Assembly: GCA_009923805.1 (NCBI GenBank)
Contig: RFSY01000001.1
Span: forward strand, 1 to 36,064
Source of the DNA: Actinomycetota bacterium
GTDB taxonomy: Bacteria > Actinomycetota > Actinomycetes > Nanopelagicales > Nanopelagicaceae
Direction of reading: 5' to 3'
DNA length: 36,064 nt
Position 1 is the first letter of the stretch; every line of letters starts with the position of its first letter. The notes under the pieces are model-generated. The model was not told where the DNA came from. It saw only the letters and a program-made list of their open reading frames with translations, and did not search any database. The position numbers were made by a program, and so were the translations under genes. Shown piece by piece: positions 18,004 through 27,298 of the stretch.

Positions 18004-19488
18004 TTACTTAACCGGACCCACGATTCGCTCTGCAGCTAGCCTTCCTGAAATCAAAACCATCGGTACACCGACTCCGGGTTGAGTTCCACTTCCGGCAAAG
18101 ACAACATTTTCAAAACCTGCTGCCATATTGCGTGGTCTAAATGGCCCAGTCTGGAAGAAGGTGTGTGCGCTTGCGAAAGGCGCACCGCGCTCCATTCCCT
18201 GTGCTTGCCAATCCAGGGGAGTAGTCATGACTTCAGTTTCAATTGAATCTCCAAAACCTGTATATCCACGATCTTCCAGCGTTTTAATCATGTGATCTCG
18301 GTAAGGCTTTGCCTGCTTGGTCCAATCAATATCGGCATCCAAGTTAGGCGTTGGATACAAGATGTAATAAGACTGCTTACCAGCTGGGGCAAGAGTTGGG
18401 TCGTCATGAGTTGGAACTGTGACGAGAACTGATGGATCTGTCATCAAAATTTTCTTTTTGATAAGTTCATCAAAGACCCCATCCCAAGATTCACCGAAGT
18501 GGATATTGTGATGTGCAATGTGGTCATATTTCTTTGAGGACCCAACTAGCAAAGTTGCGCAGGATGGCGAGTAATTCAGGCGCTTGATATTAAGAGGCGT
18601 CTTACCTAGCAAATCACGCCAAACAACTGGCAAATCTGGGTTCATGACCACGACATCGCATTCAATGCGCTCACCAGTATTGGTCAAGACAGCCTTGACT
18701 CGACCATTTTGCTTATCCAGCCCTGTCACAGTGGTGTTGTATTTAAATTCAACCCCATGCTTTTGTGCTGCTGCAGCAAGTCCGCGAGGAACTGCGTGCA
18801 TGCCACCTTTAGGGAAGAAGACGCCATTGACTGAATCCATGTAAGCAATTACTGCATAAATTGCTAGGGCTTGCTGAGGACTGACTCCTGCATACATTGC
18901 CTGGAATGAATAGACCTTCTGTAGGCGTGGATCTTTGAGATATTGATTGACCTTAGGTTGTAGATGTCTAAATCCGCCGAGTGCAATCAATCGGGCCAAG
19001 TTAGGGGTAATGAGATTAAGTGGTGAATCGATATTTTTATCAATGAAATCATTCATCTCATACTTATATAACTTGGTCACAAAGTCCACGTACTTGCGAT
19101 AGCCAAGTGCTTCCTCTGCCGAAACTTGTGTGCGAATCTCTTCTTCCATCTGAGCAGTATTTGCATGCACATCAATTTGCGAGCCATCAGCATAGAAGGC
19201 GCGATAGAGCGGTGAAAGGGGCATGAGTTCTACCCAATCCTTCATATCCTCACCTACACAACTAAATGCATCTTGAATTAGTGATGGCATTGTTAAGACA
19301 GATGGACCGGTATCAAACGAGTATCCATCTTTTTTCAGTAATCCATTTCGACCACCTGGAACAGATTCACGTTCAACCACAGTCACCTTGCGACCAGCTC
19401 CTGCAAGACGTAGCGCGGCGCTGAGTCCACCGAGACCTGCACCAACAACTACTACGTGATCAGTTGGACCTTTAACTTGCTTTGTCAT
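18004..19488 (-). CDS. crtI: Phytoene desaturase
   Basis: FAD motif GAGLGG, FDTGPS, PKGGMHA, C-terminal 'GSGTQPGVGVPMVLISG'; lies between crtE and crtB. Confidence 0.93.
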   Translation of the reverse strand: MTKQVKGPTDHVVVVGAGLGGLSAALRLAGAGRKVTVVERESVPGGRNGLLKKDGYSFDTGPSVLTMPSLIQDAFSCVGEDMKDWVELMPLSPLYRAFYADGSQIDVHANTAQMEEEIRTQVSAEEALGYRKYVDFVTKLYKYEMNDFIDKNIDSPLNLITPNLARLIALGGFRHLQPKVNQYLKDPRLQKVYSFQAMYAGVSPQQALAIYAVIAYMDSVNGVFFPKGGMHAVPRGLAAAAQKHGVEFKYNTTVTGLDKQNGRVKAVLTNTGERIECDVVVMNPDLPVVWRDLLGKTPLNIKRLNYSPSCATLLVGSSKKYDHIAHHNIHFGESWDGVFDELIKKKILMTDPSVLVTVPTHDDPTLAPAGKQSYYILYPTPNLDADIDWTKQAKPYRDHMIKTLEDRGYTGFGDSIETEVMTTPLDWQAQGMERGAPFASAHTFFQTGPFRPRNMAAGFENVVFAGSGTQPGVGVPMVLISGRLAAERIVGPVK

Positions 19489-20573
19489 TAATTGCTCCTG
19501 CGGATAGCGGTCTCAGCGAGTGCTAAGAGAAATGGACGGGACTTTTCATCGATAATTTCAGAGTTTGCAGCAGCAGTTGATTCTTCGCTCAACCTATCAA
19601 TCAGCGCTTCCACATCAGCAACTGCGCCAGTTTCAATAATAAGTGAGCGGAGCGATTCGATTGTCTCTTCTGAAAGGTTCGGATTGCCAAGATGTGTAGT
19701 TAATTCTGCGCGAGCAGCAGGCGAAGCCTTCTCGATTGTCATCGCCATCAAAACAGTTCTCTTTCCCTCACGTATGTCATCACCTGCCGGTTTGCCGGTA
19801 ACTTCCGGATCACCAAAGATTCCGAGCAGATCATCACGCAGTTGGAAAGCTTCTCCTAGCGGTAGCCCATATGCCGAGAGAACATTGAGTAATTCGGAGT
19901 GCTCGGTTTCAGATGGCCGTGCGATGACTGCACCCAAATGCAAAGGCCGCTCGACTGTGTATTTGCCAGATTTATATCGGGCAATACGAAGAGAACGCTC
20001 AACGCTATATTCGCGTTCACCAGCTTCGCGAACATCGAGATATTGACCGGCCATCAGTTCAATGCGCATCTCATCATGAATACGAAGGGATGATGTTAAT
20101 GAATCGTGTGAAAGACCCGAGTTATGCAACATGTGGTCAGACCACACCAATGCGAGATCGCCCAGTAATACTGCCGCTGCTGCACCGAATTGCTCAGAGA
20201 GTCCTAACATGGAATTTTGCCGATGCATCTTTTCAAAGTGACGATGTATTGCTGGCTTGCCACGACGCGTGTCAGAACCATCCATCAAATCATCATGAAT
20301 CAGTGCGCATGCTTGTAAAAGTTCCAAACTTGCCATTGCGCGAATATCTGTGCGACTTGGAGTCGATCCTGTTGCCATAAATCCGGCATAAGCAAAGAGT
20401 GGTCGAAGTCGTTTGCCACCTTCGAGAAGATAATCTTCAAGGGCATCACATACCGGCACTAATTCAGATGCAATGCTGGTCAGATAATCACGTTGTTCGG
20501 CTAGATAATCAGTGAGTTCGCCCTTGACGGCTTCGCGTACCTCTGCTGCGCTCTTCATGACCTCTTTATCCAC
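19488..20573 (-). CDS. crtE: Polyprenyl (geranylgeranyl) diphosphate synthase
   Basis: GGKRLRP, first Asp-rich motif HDDLMD..RRG, GQYLD, YKSGKYT, FQLRDDLLG. Start is GTG 20573 or ATG 20558; the longer ORF start overlaps metF. Confidence 0.92.
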   Translation of the reverse strand: MDKEVMKSAAEVREAVKGELTDYLAEQRDYLTSIASELVPVCDALEDYLLEGGKRLRPLFAYAGFMATGSTPSRTDIRAMASLELLQACALIHDDLMDGSDTRRGKPAIHRHFEKMHRQNSMLGLSEQFGAAAAVLLGDLALVWSDHMLHNSGLSHDSLTSSLRIHDEMRIELMAGQYLDVREAGEREYSVERSLRIARYKSGKYTVERPLHLGAVIARPSETEHSELLNVLSAYGLPLGEAFQLRDDLLGIFGDPEVTGKPAGDDIREGKRTVLMAMTIEKASPAARAELTTHLGNPNLSEETIESLRSLIIETGAVADVEALIDRLSEESTAAANSEIIDEKSRPFLLALAETAIRRSN

Positions 20574-20598
20574 GGCGCAACGATATCCTGACGCCGTG
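20571..20598. promoter_or_regulatory. Symmetric bidirectional leaderless promoter for crtE and metF
   Basis: CAC-ggcgca-ACGATATCCT-gacgcc-GTG: TATCGT (minus) and TATCCT (plus) share TA at 20584-20585, and each is 6 nt from an in-frame GTG. Confidence 0.7.
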
Positions 20599-21477
20599 GA
20601 GATGCGCAGTGTGAAGAGTGATGGAAGTAAAGCCCTCACCTATTCATTTGAATTCTTTCCTCCTAAAGATATCGAAGGGGAAGAGCGGCTCTGGGCTGCC
20701 ATGACTCAACTTGAATCCATCGCCCCAGATTTCATCTCGGTGACGTATGGCGCAGGTGGATCTACTCGAGATAGAACGATTCGTATTACCTCTGAGATAA
20801 CTGCCCGCACTCATATTCCAACAGTGGCACATTTAACCTGTGTTGGCTCAACACGTAATGAACTCATTGAAATTCTTGGAAGATATCGTGATGCAGGCAT
20901 AAAAAGCATTCTTGCTCTACGTGGTGATCCCACTGGTGGACCTCGTGCACCGTGGAGTGCAACAGAAGGTGGACTTAATCATGCAGATGAATTAGTCACA
21001 CTTGCTGCCGAGTTCGGCGGATTCACAATTGGTGTTGCAGCTTTTCCAGATGGGCATCCATCATCTGATGGAGACTTTGCACACGATGTCGATGTCTTAC
21101 TTGAAAAAGAAAGACGGGGCGCAACATTTGCAACAACTCAGTTCTTCTTTGAAGTCGATAGATGGAAGTCACTCGTTGCTAATCTGGCAGCTAAGGGATC
21201 ATCACTTCCCATCATTCCTGGAATCTTGCCTGTCACAAATGTTAAGCAACTCAATCGCATGTCAGAGCTCAGTGGCGTTCCGATACCATCACACATTTCT
21301 GAGGCATTTGCGCAGATTGAACATAAGCCCGATGATGTACGAAAGTTAGGAGTAGAGATTGCGACAAAACTCTGCCAAGACTTGCTCGAAGCTGGGGCAC
21401 CTGGACTTCACTTCTACACAATGAATACATCATCTGCCACTCGTGAGATTTATTCTCACATCAAGGATGAGCGATGA
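20596..21477 (+). CDS. metF: 5,10-methylenetetrahydrofolate reductase
   Basis: SFEFFPPK, SVTYGAGGS, AHLTC, LALRGD, TQFFF, GLHFYTMN. Confidence 0.95.
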   Translation: MEMRSVKSDGSKALTYSFEFFPPKDIEGEERLWAAMTQLESIAPDFISVTYGAGGSTRDRTIRITSEITARTHIPTVAHLTCVGSTRNELIEILGRYRDAGIKSILALRGDPTGGPRAPWSATEGGLNHADELVTLAAEFGGFTIGVAAFPDGHPSSDGDFAHDVDVLLEKERRGATFATTQFFFEVDRWKSLVANLAAKGSSLPIIPGILPVTNVKQLNRMSELSGVPIPSHISEAFAQIEHKPDDVRKLGVEIATKLCQDLLEAGAPGLHFYTMNTSSATREIYSHIKDER

Positions 21478-22106
21478 GCAGAGTTTTATTAACAGAGAAA
21501 GAATTCAAGAATTGCTGGAGTGACGTTCATGGTGGAGCAGATGTGGAAGGTGTCGTTGGAGGCTGGCTCTCATTCTCTTATCAAGCAGCGCGTGTATGTG
21601 CCGCACTGCGTATTTCACCGAATGTCCTCACATTCCTCGGACTTGGTTCTGCTATTGCTATGGGGCTCTCTTCATACGCTGCAATTTCACTGCTACTTCT
21701 GGTGATCTCACTCTTCTTCGATGGAATCGATGGAAGTGTTGCCATTGTGCAAAAGCGCGAAAGTCGCTGGGGTTCACTTTTAGATTCGTTGGCAGATCGA
21801 ATCTCTGAAGCTTTCTGGCTCTACATGGGCTGGCGTCTTGGCATTCCAGCGTGGGTAGTTATTTCGATGTGGGCAGTTGCCTCAACTCAAGAATATGCGC
21901 GCGCTCGACTAGCCTCTCTGGGTCACACAGAGATAGTAATTCTGACTCCAACGGAACGACCAGTCCGCGCAATATTTATGGCTTTCGCGCTTCTCTTTTA
22001 TATCTTCGACATTCCAGGAACTTTATTGCTGTCCTATGCATTCCTTGCGCTACTTATATTTAGCTTCTTGCGTTTAATGCGAGCTACTTTTCTAATATTG
22101 CGTTAG
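21474..22106 (+). CDS. CDP-alcohol phosphatidyltransferase family protein
   Basis: 'SPNVLT' and signature 'DGIDGSVA.......WGSLLDSLADR'; ATGA overlap with metF. Confidence 0.88.
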   Translation: MSRVLLTEKEFKNCWSDVHGGADVEGVVGGWLSFSYQAARVCAALRISPNVLTFLGLGSAIAMGLSSYAAISLLLLVISLFFDGIDGSVAIVQKRESRWGSLLDSLADRISEAFWLYMGWRLGIPAWVVISMWAVASTQEYARARLASLGHTEIVILTPTERPVRAIFMAFALLFYIFDIPGTLLLSYAFLALLIFSFLRLMRATFLILR

Positions 22107-23595
22107 CAACAATCTCAGCGCTGAGACCAACTAGCGGTAATCCACCTCCAGGATGAGCAGAGCCCCCAACTAGATATAAGCCCTTAATAGGAGAGCGATT
22201 CTTTGCGCGCGAAAATGCGGAACGCGCTCCATTACTAGAGCTTCCATAAATTGAACCACCAGGTGCGTTGACTGATTCCTGAAGATCTAAGGGAGTTCGG
22301 ATTTCTAATACTTCCAATCGCTCTCGAATTGGAATGCCCGCCGCTTCTATCTGGTCGATAATGGCATTGGCATACTTGTGATTGAAGTTCTTATCGCCCC
22401 AGTTATAGCCATCGGAAGCATTGCTATGTCGAGGTGCGTTGACAAGTACAAACCATGCTTCGTGGCCTTTATCTTTGACCATGAGTGGATCTTGCGGGGC
22501 ACAGATATAAATTGTTGGTTTTTCAACTGGAGTCTTACTTTTAAATATTGCTTCAAACTCGTGATCATAATTTTCGGGAAAGAGCACAGTGTGGTGTGAA
22601 AGAGGTTCGGCGCTACTTGGTTTTAAACCCAATAACAATGAAAAGCCTGCCAAAGAAGGTTCAGATTTTGCGAGTTTCTTTCGTACTTGCACTACCTTAT
22701 TTGTTGGAGAAAGTAACTTGTTATAGACAAATTGCGCATCGGCATTTGCTACAACGCGATCAAAATTCTCGTGGTGACCATGGATGACAACACCAGTGAC
22801 GCTGCCAGATTTGACCGTGATTTCATCGACGTAAGAATTCAAGCGAATATCAACGCCCAACTTCTCGCAGCGTTCAGTAATTTTCTTAGCCAGTGTTCCA
22901 ATCCCACCTTTGATATGCCATGCACCAAATGCCTCTTCTACAAATGCAATCGTGGAAAGAACAGCAGGTGCTACTCGCGGATCAGAACCACTATAAGTCG
23001 CATATCTATCCATGATCTTAGAAAGATAAGGGTTTTTGATATTTAGGCCGCGAAGTGATTTCCACGGTGAGATTATTCTTATATCTCGAATCAACCTTGG
23101 GCGCTTAAGCAGCGACGCAGGAGATTTAAGTTCTGACTCGATAAAGGGCCCACGAGAAACATCCCACATCGCCTCTGCTTGAACCATGACGCGGTTCCAT
23201 TCATCGGCTGCATCGCTACCAAGTGATTCAGTAATTGCAGACAGGGTCTTTGCGCGCGAAAGGTTTGCAAACTTCACCGATTTTCCATCATGGAATCTGT
23301 AATCAAAAGATGGATCTACCGCTTCAATATCAAGTACTCGCCCCATCACATCACCGGTGCGCTGAAAGAAATCTCGATAGACAGCAGGCAGAGTGAGTAA
23401 GGAAGGACCGGTATCAAATGCGTAACGTCCGATCCATTCGGTTCTGCATTTTCCACCCGTGCGATCAGATGCCTCAAAGATTGTTACCTGATGTCCAGCT
23501 TTAGCTAAACGCGCTGCAGTGCAAAGGCCACCAATGCCAGCTCCGACTATCGCAATGCGCTCGGGCTTGGCGACTTTACCAACGGGGCCGGTCAT
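22084..23595 (-). CDS. CrtI-family carotenoid desaturase (probably CrtD-like 3',4'-desaturase)
   Basis: GAGIGG, FDTGPS, 'YATYSGSDP', 'GGSAHPGGGLP'. ATG 23595 forms an ATGA overlap with the glycosyltransferase stop. The CrtD role is inferred from context. Confidence 0.85.
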   Translation of the reverse strand: MTGPVGKVAKPERIAIVGAGIGGLCTAARLAKAGHQVTIFEASDRTGGKCRTEWIGRYAFDTGPSLLTLPAVYRDFFQRTGDVMGRVLDIEAVDPSFDYRFHDGKSVKFANLSRAKTLSAITESLGSDAADEWNRVMVQAEAMWDVSRGPFIESELKSPASLLKRPRLIRDIRIISPWKSLRGLNIKNPYLSKIMDRYATYSGSDPRVAPAVLSTIAFVEEAFGAWHIKGGIGTLAKKITERCEKLGVDIRLNSYVDEITVKSGSVTGVVIHGHHENFDRVVANADAQFVYNKLLSPTNKVVQVRKKLAKSEPSLAGFSLLLGLKPSSAEPLSHHTVLFPENYDHEFEAIFKSKTPVEKPTIYICAPQDPLMVKDKGHEAWFVLVNAPRHSNASDGYNWGDKNFNHKYANAIIDQIEAAGIPIRERLEVLEIRTPLDLQESVNAPGGSIYGSSSNGARSAFSRAKNRSPIKGLYLVGGSAHPGGGLPLVGLSAEIVANAILEK

Positions 23596-24665
23596 ACGAG
23601 GCGACCTTTCCACTGAATCATTCCTCTATGACGATATGAGTAGAAGATGAGATAAATCAAAAACGCAATTGAGATTGGATGGAGGAAAGCAAGTAATGCG
23701 TTACTGCGCGAACGTAGTGCACTGATGAGGCGAGTTATGGTCATAAAGAAGAGTGCAATCCAACCGTTGATATCTCCGGTGAGTGCAAGAAGCAGGGGAA
23801 GAATGCCAGTGAGAAAGAGAAAAGAGAGAGCAATCAGTGTTCCGACCTTGCCGCCAAAGGCATAGGAAAGTGATTTTCCATATCCCTGTCTGATTTCATC
23901 GAATCCTGAGTACATACGAGTTTGTGCAATCGAAGAGCCTTGTGTAACTACTCCACGAAAGCCACCAGAAATCAGAGATCGCGCAAGATCAATATCATCC
24001 AAGATCGATGTGCGCACAGTGCTAAATCCATCAATAGCGACAAGGGCTTCACGGCGCACCACAAAGAACTGGCCGTTTGCCACTGCAGTCGCGCGCATCG
24101 GAAATTTTTCAGCTAGTCGCAGAATAACTGTGGTCATCCAGGACCAGTGCAAAATTGGTTGGATAATTTTCTCGGCAAAGGTATTTGCTATCTGCTTTGG
24201 ATATGGGGAGATGAAATCAAGTTGTAGGTCGTTGAGTTGGTTTACTGCCTTAGAGATTGCATCTGCCTCTAAACGAACATCGGCATCAAGTGCAATGACG
24301 ATATCAGCGTGGGTTCTGTGAAAACCTTTTTCAAGTGCTGAGACTTTTCCCAACCATCCGGTTTCGGGTCCTTCTAGTGTGAGAATGGAGAATCTTGAAT
24401 CGGATTGTGTGTGAGTTTGTAAGAGTTCGCCTGTGGAATCTGTCGATGCATCATTGATGATTACGAAAGAAAGGTGGGGCACACCGATTTGCTGGCTCAG
24501 AGTCTCTACGATTCCAGCGACATTGAGAGCCTCATTGCGCATCGGAACTAGCACTGCAACAGATTGCGCAATTTCTGTCGAGTTGTTGGGAATTCGTATC
24601 CAAAGATGATTGATAAGGCTGATGACGAGAAATATGTAAGTGAAGTAGACAAGCAAGTTAGACAT
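23592..24665 (-). CDS. GT2 glycosyltransferase (CruG-like carotenoid glycosyltransferase)
   Basis: 'VPMRNE', 'NDASTD', 'WLGK', DAD motif, 'ANGQF', C-terminal 'WKGR'; lies between the cruF-like gene and the desaturase. Confidence 0.85.
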   Translation of the reverse strand: MSNLLVYFTYIFLVISLINHLWIRIPNNSTEIAQSVAVLVPMRNEALNVAGIVETLSQQIGVPHLSFVIINDASTDSTGELLQTHTQSDSRFSILTLEGPETGWLGKVSALEKGFHRTHADIVIALDADVRLEADAISKAVNQLNDLQLDFISPYPKQIANTFAEKIIQPILHWSWMTTVILRLAEKFPMRATAVANGQFFVVRREALVAIDGFSTVRTSILDDIDLARSLISGGFRGVVTQGSSIAQTRMYSGFDEIRQGYGKSLSYAFGGKVGTLIALSFLFLTGILPLLLALTGDINGWIALFFMTITRLISALRSRSNALLAFLHPISIAFLIYLIFYSYRHRGMIQWKGRLV

Positions 24666-24668
24666 TGC

Positions 24669-25478
24669 TTAGAACTCTTTATTGCCGAGCCAGCTGGAGA
24701 AGAAGTAGGGAGTTAGGAGCGCGGCAAGAATAAAACCACCGAAAATCGCAAGTCCGGGGCGATCAAAGAAGAAGAAATTGCCGATGATGCATGAGAAGAG
24801 AGTCCACATTAGAAGTGCATCAACTGCAACTAATGAAGCGCTCTCTTTTCTGCGTTCTCGGGGCAAGATCACATGCAGGATGCCGGTGATTACCAATCCT
24901 GATAACAACCAACCGAAGGCATTAGAAAGTGGAATGTCTGGTGTAAATGGAACATGCGCACCCGAAAATTCCCACGTCCATCTACCCGCAGAAACCATTT
25001 GTGGATCTAAAAATAAATCCCACGCAGCAAGAAGAGCGCCGCCATAGAGAAATACCCAGTTACCTGAAACTCTGCGCGCAGCACACAACACTGGGTGCAC
25101 CATCATGATCCAGGCAAATGGAACAAGGAGCGGGACACCGAAAAGTTGTATTCCCAGGGAAGAGTCATATGAATAGACTCCAAATGGCCAACCGGTGTGG
25201 ACTCCGAGTACCTCAATTGCAAGACTTAAGATAAAAACCGCTGGCAGATATCTCGTTGAATATTTAAAGCCATACGATAAATGGCCATGTACCAACATCG
25301 CTGCGGCGCCAACATAGATTGTGGCGATGGTGATGATTCGAAGAAGATTTCCTTCGATCAGTGGGTATGACATTTGAAGCACAATGGTGAGTCCAACCAG
25401 GAAGAAGAGAAAATTTCTTGAGTTGGCAGAGATTCCGCCGCGACGTTGACGTCGTGGGCTGTAATGGCGGATTGACAT
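24669..25478 (-). CDS. Carotenoid biosynthesis protein, DUF422/CruF-like 1',2'-hydratase
   Basis: 'E.LGVHTGWPFGVYSY', 'GVPLLVPFAW', 'WDLFLDP', 'PLSNAFGW'. Confidence 0.85.
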   Translation of the reverse strand: MSIRHYSPRRQRRGGISANSRNFLFFLVGLTIVLQMSYPLIEGNLLRIITIATIYVGAAAMLVHGHLSYGFKYSTRYLPAVFILSLAIEVLGVHTGWPFGVYSYDSSLGIQLFGVPLLVPFAWIMMVHPVLCAARRVSGNWVFLYGGALLAAWDLFLDPQMVSAGRWTWEFSGAHVPFTPDIPLSNAFGWLLSGLVITGILHVILPRERRKESASLVAVDALLMWTLFSCIIGNFFFFDRPGLAIFGGFILAALLTPYFFSSWLGNKEF

Positions 25479-25492
25479 GGGTTAATTCTGCC

Positions 25493-26191
25493 CTAGTTGG
25501 CTATGCCATTGTTAATTGAGCCGCGAATTTCCAGTACTTCAAAGCGCGAAAAGAGTTCTTCGCTGTACCAATCAATCTCAGAAGTCTGCTTAATAGCTCT
25601 TTGATGAGCAGCGCCTTTATATGCAAAATCTCGTAGCGATGACGCCGAACTCCAGAGAGAGAAAGTGCCTTGCAGACCAATGGGAGCTTCACCGATTCCG
25701 ATTGCAGCAATCAGTCCGGGGGATTGATGTAGGTCAGTGACGACAGGTGGAGTAGCTTTCCAAAAAATAAAGTTCTTATGCCATTTAATGCGAGCTCGAG
25801 TGATTGCTGCAATCTTTGCACCGGGATCTTTTTGCGGTGATGCGAAATCAAAGGGATTCCTCTTTGCCCATAAACCGTGAGCAGAAAGAGGTGCTAGCAC
25901 TGCGCGAAATTCCGATGTGGATCTCTTGCGCCAACCTTGAATGATTGATGATGCATCAAATTTTTCCAATTGATGCTTCTCTATGACAACGACCAGACCC
26001 CATCTATATAAGTTGGCATCTGAAGGAGTAAAAGTGTGGCCGCTACCTGTGCCCAGCATCTTTGCAAATGAAATCCCCGTGAACATCCGCGTGCGCAGCG
26101 GGTCGATTGCCATGCTGAGGAATGCAACGGGGATACTCTTAGTGGGTACGGTAAAGAAATATGCGACAGTTACTTTTTCATCGCTCCCCAT
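25493..26191 (-). CDS. crtA: Spheroidene monooxygenase CrtA-like protein
   Basis: 'FAKMLGTGSG', 'HGLW', 'ITRARI', 'GIGEAP...QGTFSLW', 'FAY...H..AI', 'WYSEELFSRF'. Start reassigned to ATG 26191, with TATCCT 6 nt upstream. Confidence 0.85.
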   Translation of the reverse strand: MGSDEKVTVAYFFTVPTKSIPVAFLSMAIDPLRTRMFTGISFAKMLGTGSGHTFTPSDANLYRWGLVVVIEKHQLEKFDASSIIQGWRKRSTSEFRAVLAPLSAHGLWAKRNPFDFASPQKDPGAKIAAITRARIKWHKNFIFWKATPPVVTDLHQSPGLIAAIGIGEAPIGLQGTFSLWSSASSLRDFAYKGAAHQRAIKQTSEIDWYSEELFSRFEVLEIRGSINNGIAN

Positions 26192-26212
26192 GAGTAAAGG
26201 ATACCCGGCAAT

Positions 26213-26893
26213 ATGTTGCGAAGAAGGTTGACAAGTGAATTCCTCGGGACAGCGACCCTGTTGGCGACGGTAATCGGCTCTGGTGCAATGGCAGCCTCTC
26301 TCAGCAGCGATATCGGAATTCAATTGCTGATTAACACAGTCGCAACAGTCTTCATTCTTTACATCATCATTACTCTGCTTGGACCCATCAGCGGAGCGCA
26401 TTTCAACCCCGTTGTTACAGCCGTTGATTACTTCACCAAGAAAATGAAGGCCAAAGTTGCATTTCTCTACATCATCGCCCAACTTGCAGGTGCTGTAGTG
26501 GGCGCAATTCTTGCCAATCTGATGTTTGATCTCAGTGCGATTAATATTTCACAGCACCAACGCAGTGGCTCCAATCTTTTGCTGGCAGAAGTAATCGCTA
26601 CCGCGGGTCTCATCTTGATTATTCACCTGGCTTTGAAGCAGAAGGAAGATAAGAAGATTGCTCGATTAGTTGCTTCATGGATAGGCGCTGCTTACTTCTT
26701 TACCTCATCGACTTCATTTGCAAACCCTGCTGCAGTCTTTGGTCGCATGTTCTCAGATACATTCTCTGGCATCGCCCCTAAGTCCGCTCCGTTATTTATT
26801 CTTGCCGAAATCTTTGGCGGTTTACTGGGATATCTAGGATTTAAAGCTCTCACCTCGCAATCAAAATCCCCTAAGGCAAAGTCAGGAAAATAA
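26213..26893 (+). CDS. MIP/aquaporin family channel (AqpS-like, arsenic-associated)
   Basis: 'EFLGT', 'ISGAHFNPV', 'AYFFTSSTSFANPA'; directly abuts arsC. Confidence 0.85.
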   Translation: MLRRRLTSEFLGTATLLATVIGSGAMAASLSSDIGIQLLINTVATVFILYIIITLLGPISGAHFNPVVTAVDYFTKKMKAKVAFLYIIAQLAGAVVGAILANLMFDLSAINISQHQRSGSNLLLAEVIATAGLILIIHLALKQKEDKKIARLVASWIGAAYFFTSSTSFANPAAVFGRMFSDTFSGIAPKSAPLFILAEIFGGLLGYLGFKALTSQSKSPKAKSGK

Positions 26894-27298
26894 ATGAGTA
26901 AGCCAAGCGTTCTCTTTGTCTGCGTCCATAACGCGGGCCGTTCACAGATGGCAGCAGGTTTTATGCGCGAGCTAGGTCAAGGTCGCGTTGAAGTTCTCTC
27001 AGCAGGCTCTGCACCAAAAGATTCCATTAATCCTGTTGCAGTTGAAGCGATGGCTGAAATCGGAATTGATATTGCGAATAACACTCCAAAGATTTTGACA
27101 CCGGAAGCGGTGCAGCAATCAGATGCTGTCATCACCATGGGCTGCGGAGATGCCTGTCCTTATTACCCAGGAAAGCGCTATGAGGATTGGGTGCTGGATG
27201 ATCCTGCGGGCCAAGGAATTGATTCAGTGCGAGTAATTCGCGATGAGATTAAAGGACGTGTTGAGAAGTTACTTTCTGAATTGCTTCTGCTCGATTAA
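26894..27298 (+). CDS. arsC: Arsenate reductase (LMW-PTP fold)
   Basis: CVHNAGRSQMA P-loop, MGCGDACP, DW.LDDP. Confidence 0.92.
   Translation: MSKPSVLFVCVHNAGRSQMAAGFMRELGQGRVEVLSAGSAPKDSINPVAVEAMAEIGIDIANNTPKILTPEAVQQSDAVITMGCGDACPYYPGKRYEDWVLDDPAGQGIDSVRVIRDEIKGRVEKLLSELLLLD

Noticed and set aside
19492-20046. 184-aa antisense ORF inside crtE, and similar antisense or alternate-frame ORFs (e.g. 27873-28298, 35053-35379, 35550-35912, 11592-11927)
   Set aside because: They overlap well-supported genes, have Ser/Ala/Arg-rich shadow composition and show no family motifs.
20512-20639. Apparent 128-bp head-to-head overlap of crtE and metF
   Set aside because: Artefact of longest-ORF calling; GTG starts at 20573 and 20596 remove it.
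26192-26482. 97-aa N-terminal extension of the crtA ORF (25493..26482)
   Set aside because: It is the antisense shadow of the MIP gene. CrtA-like sequence begins at ATG 26191, which has a correctly spaced -10.
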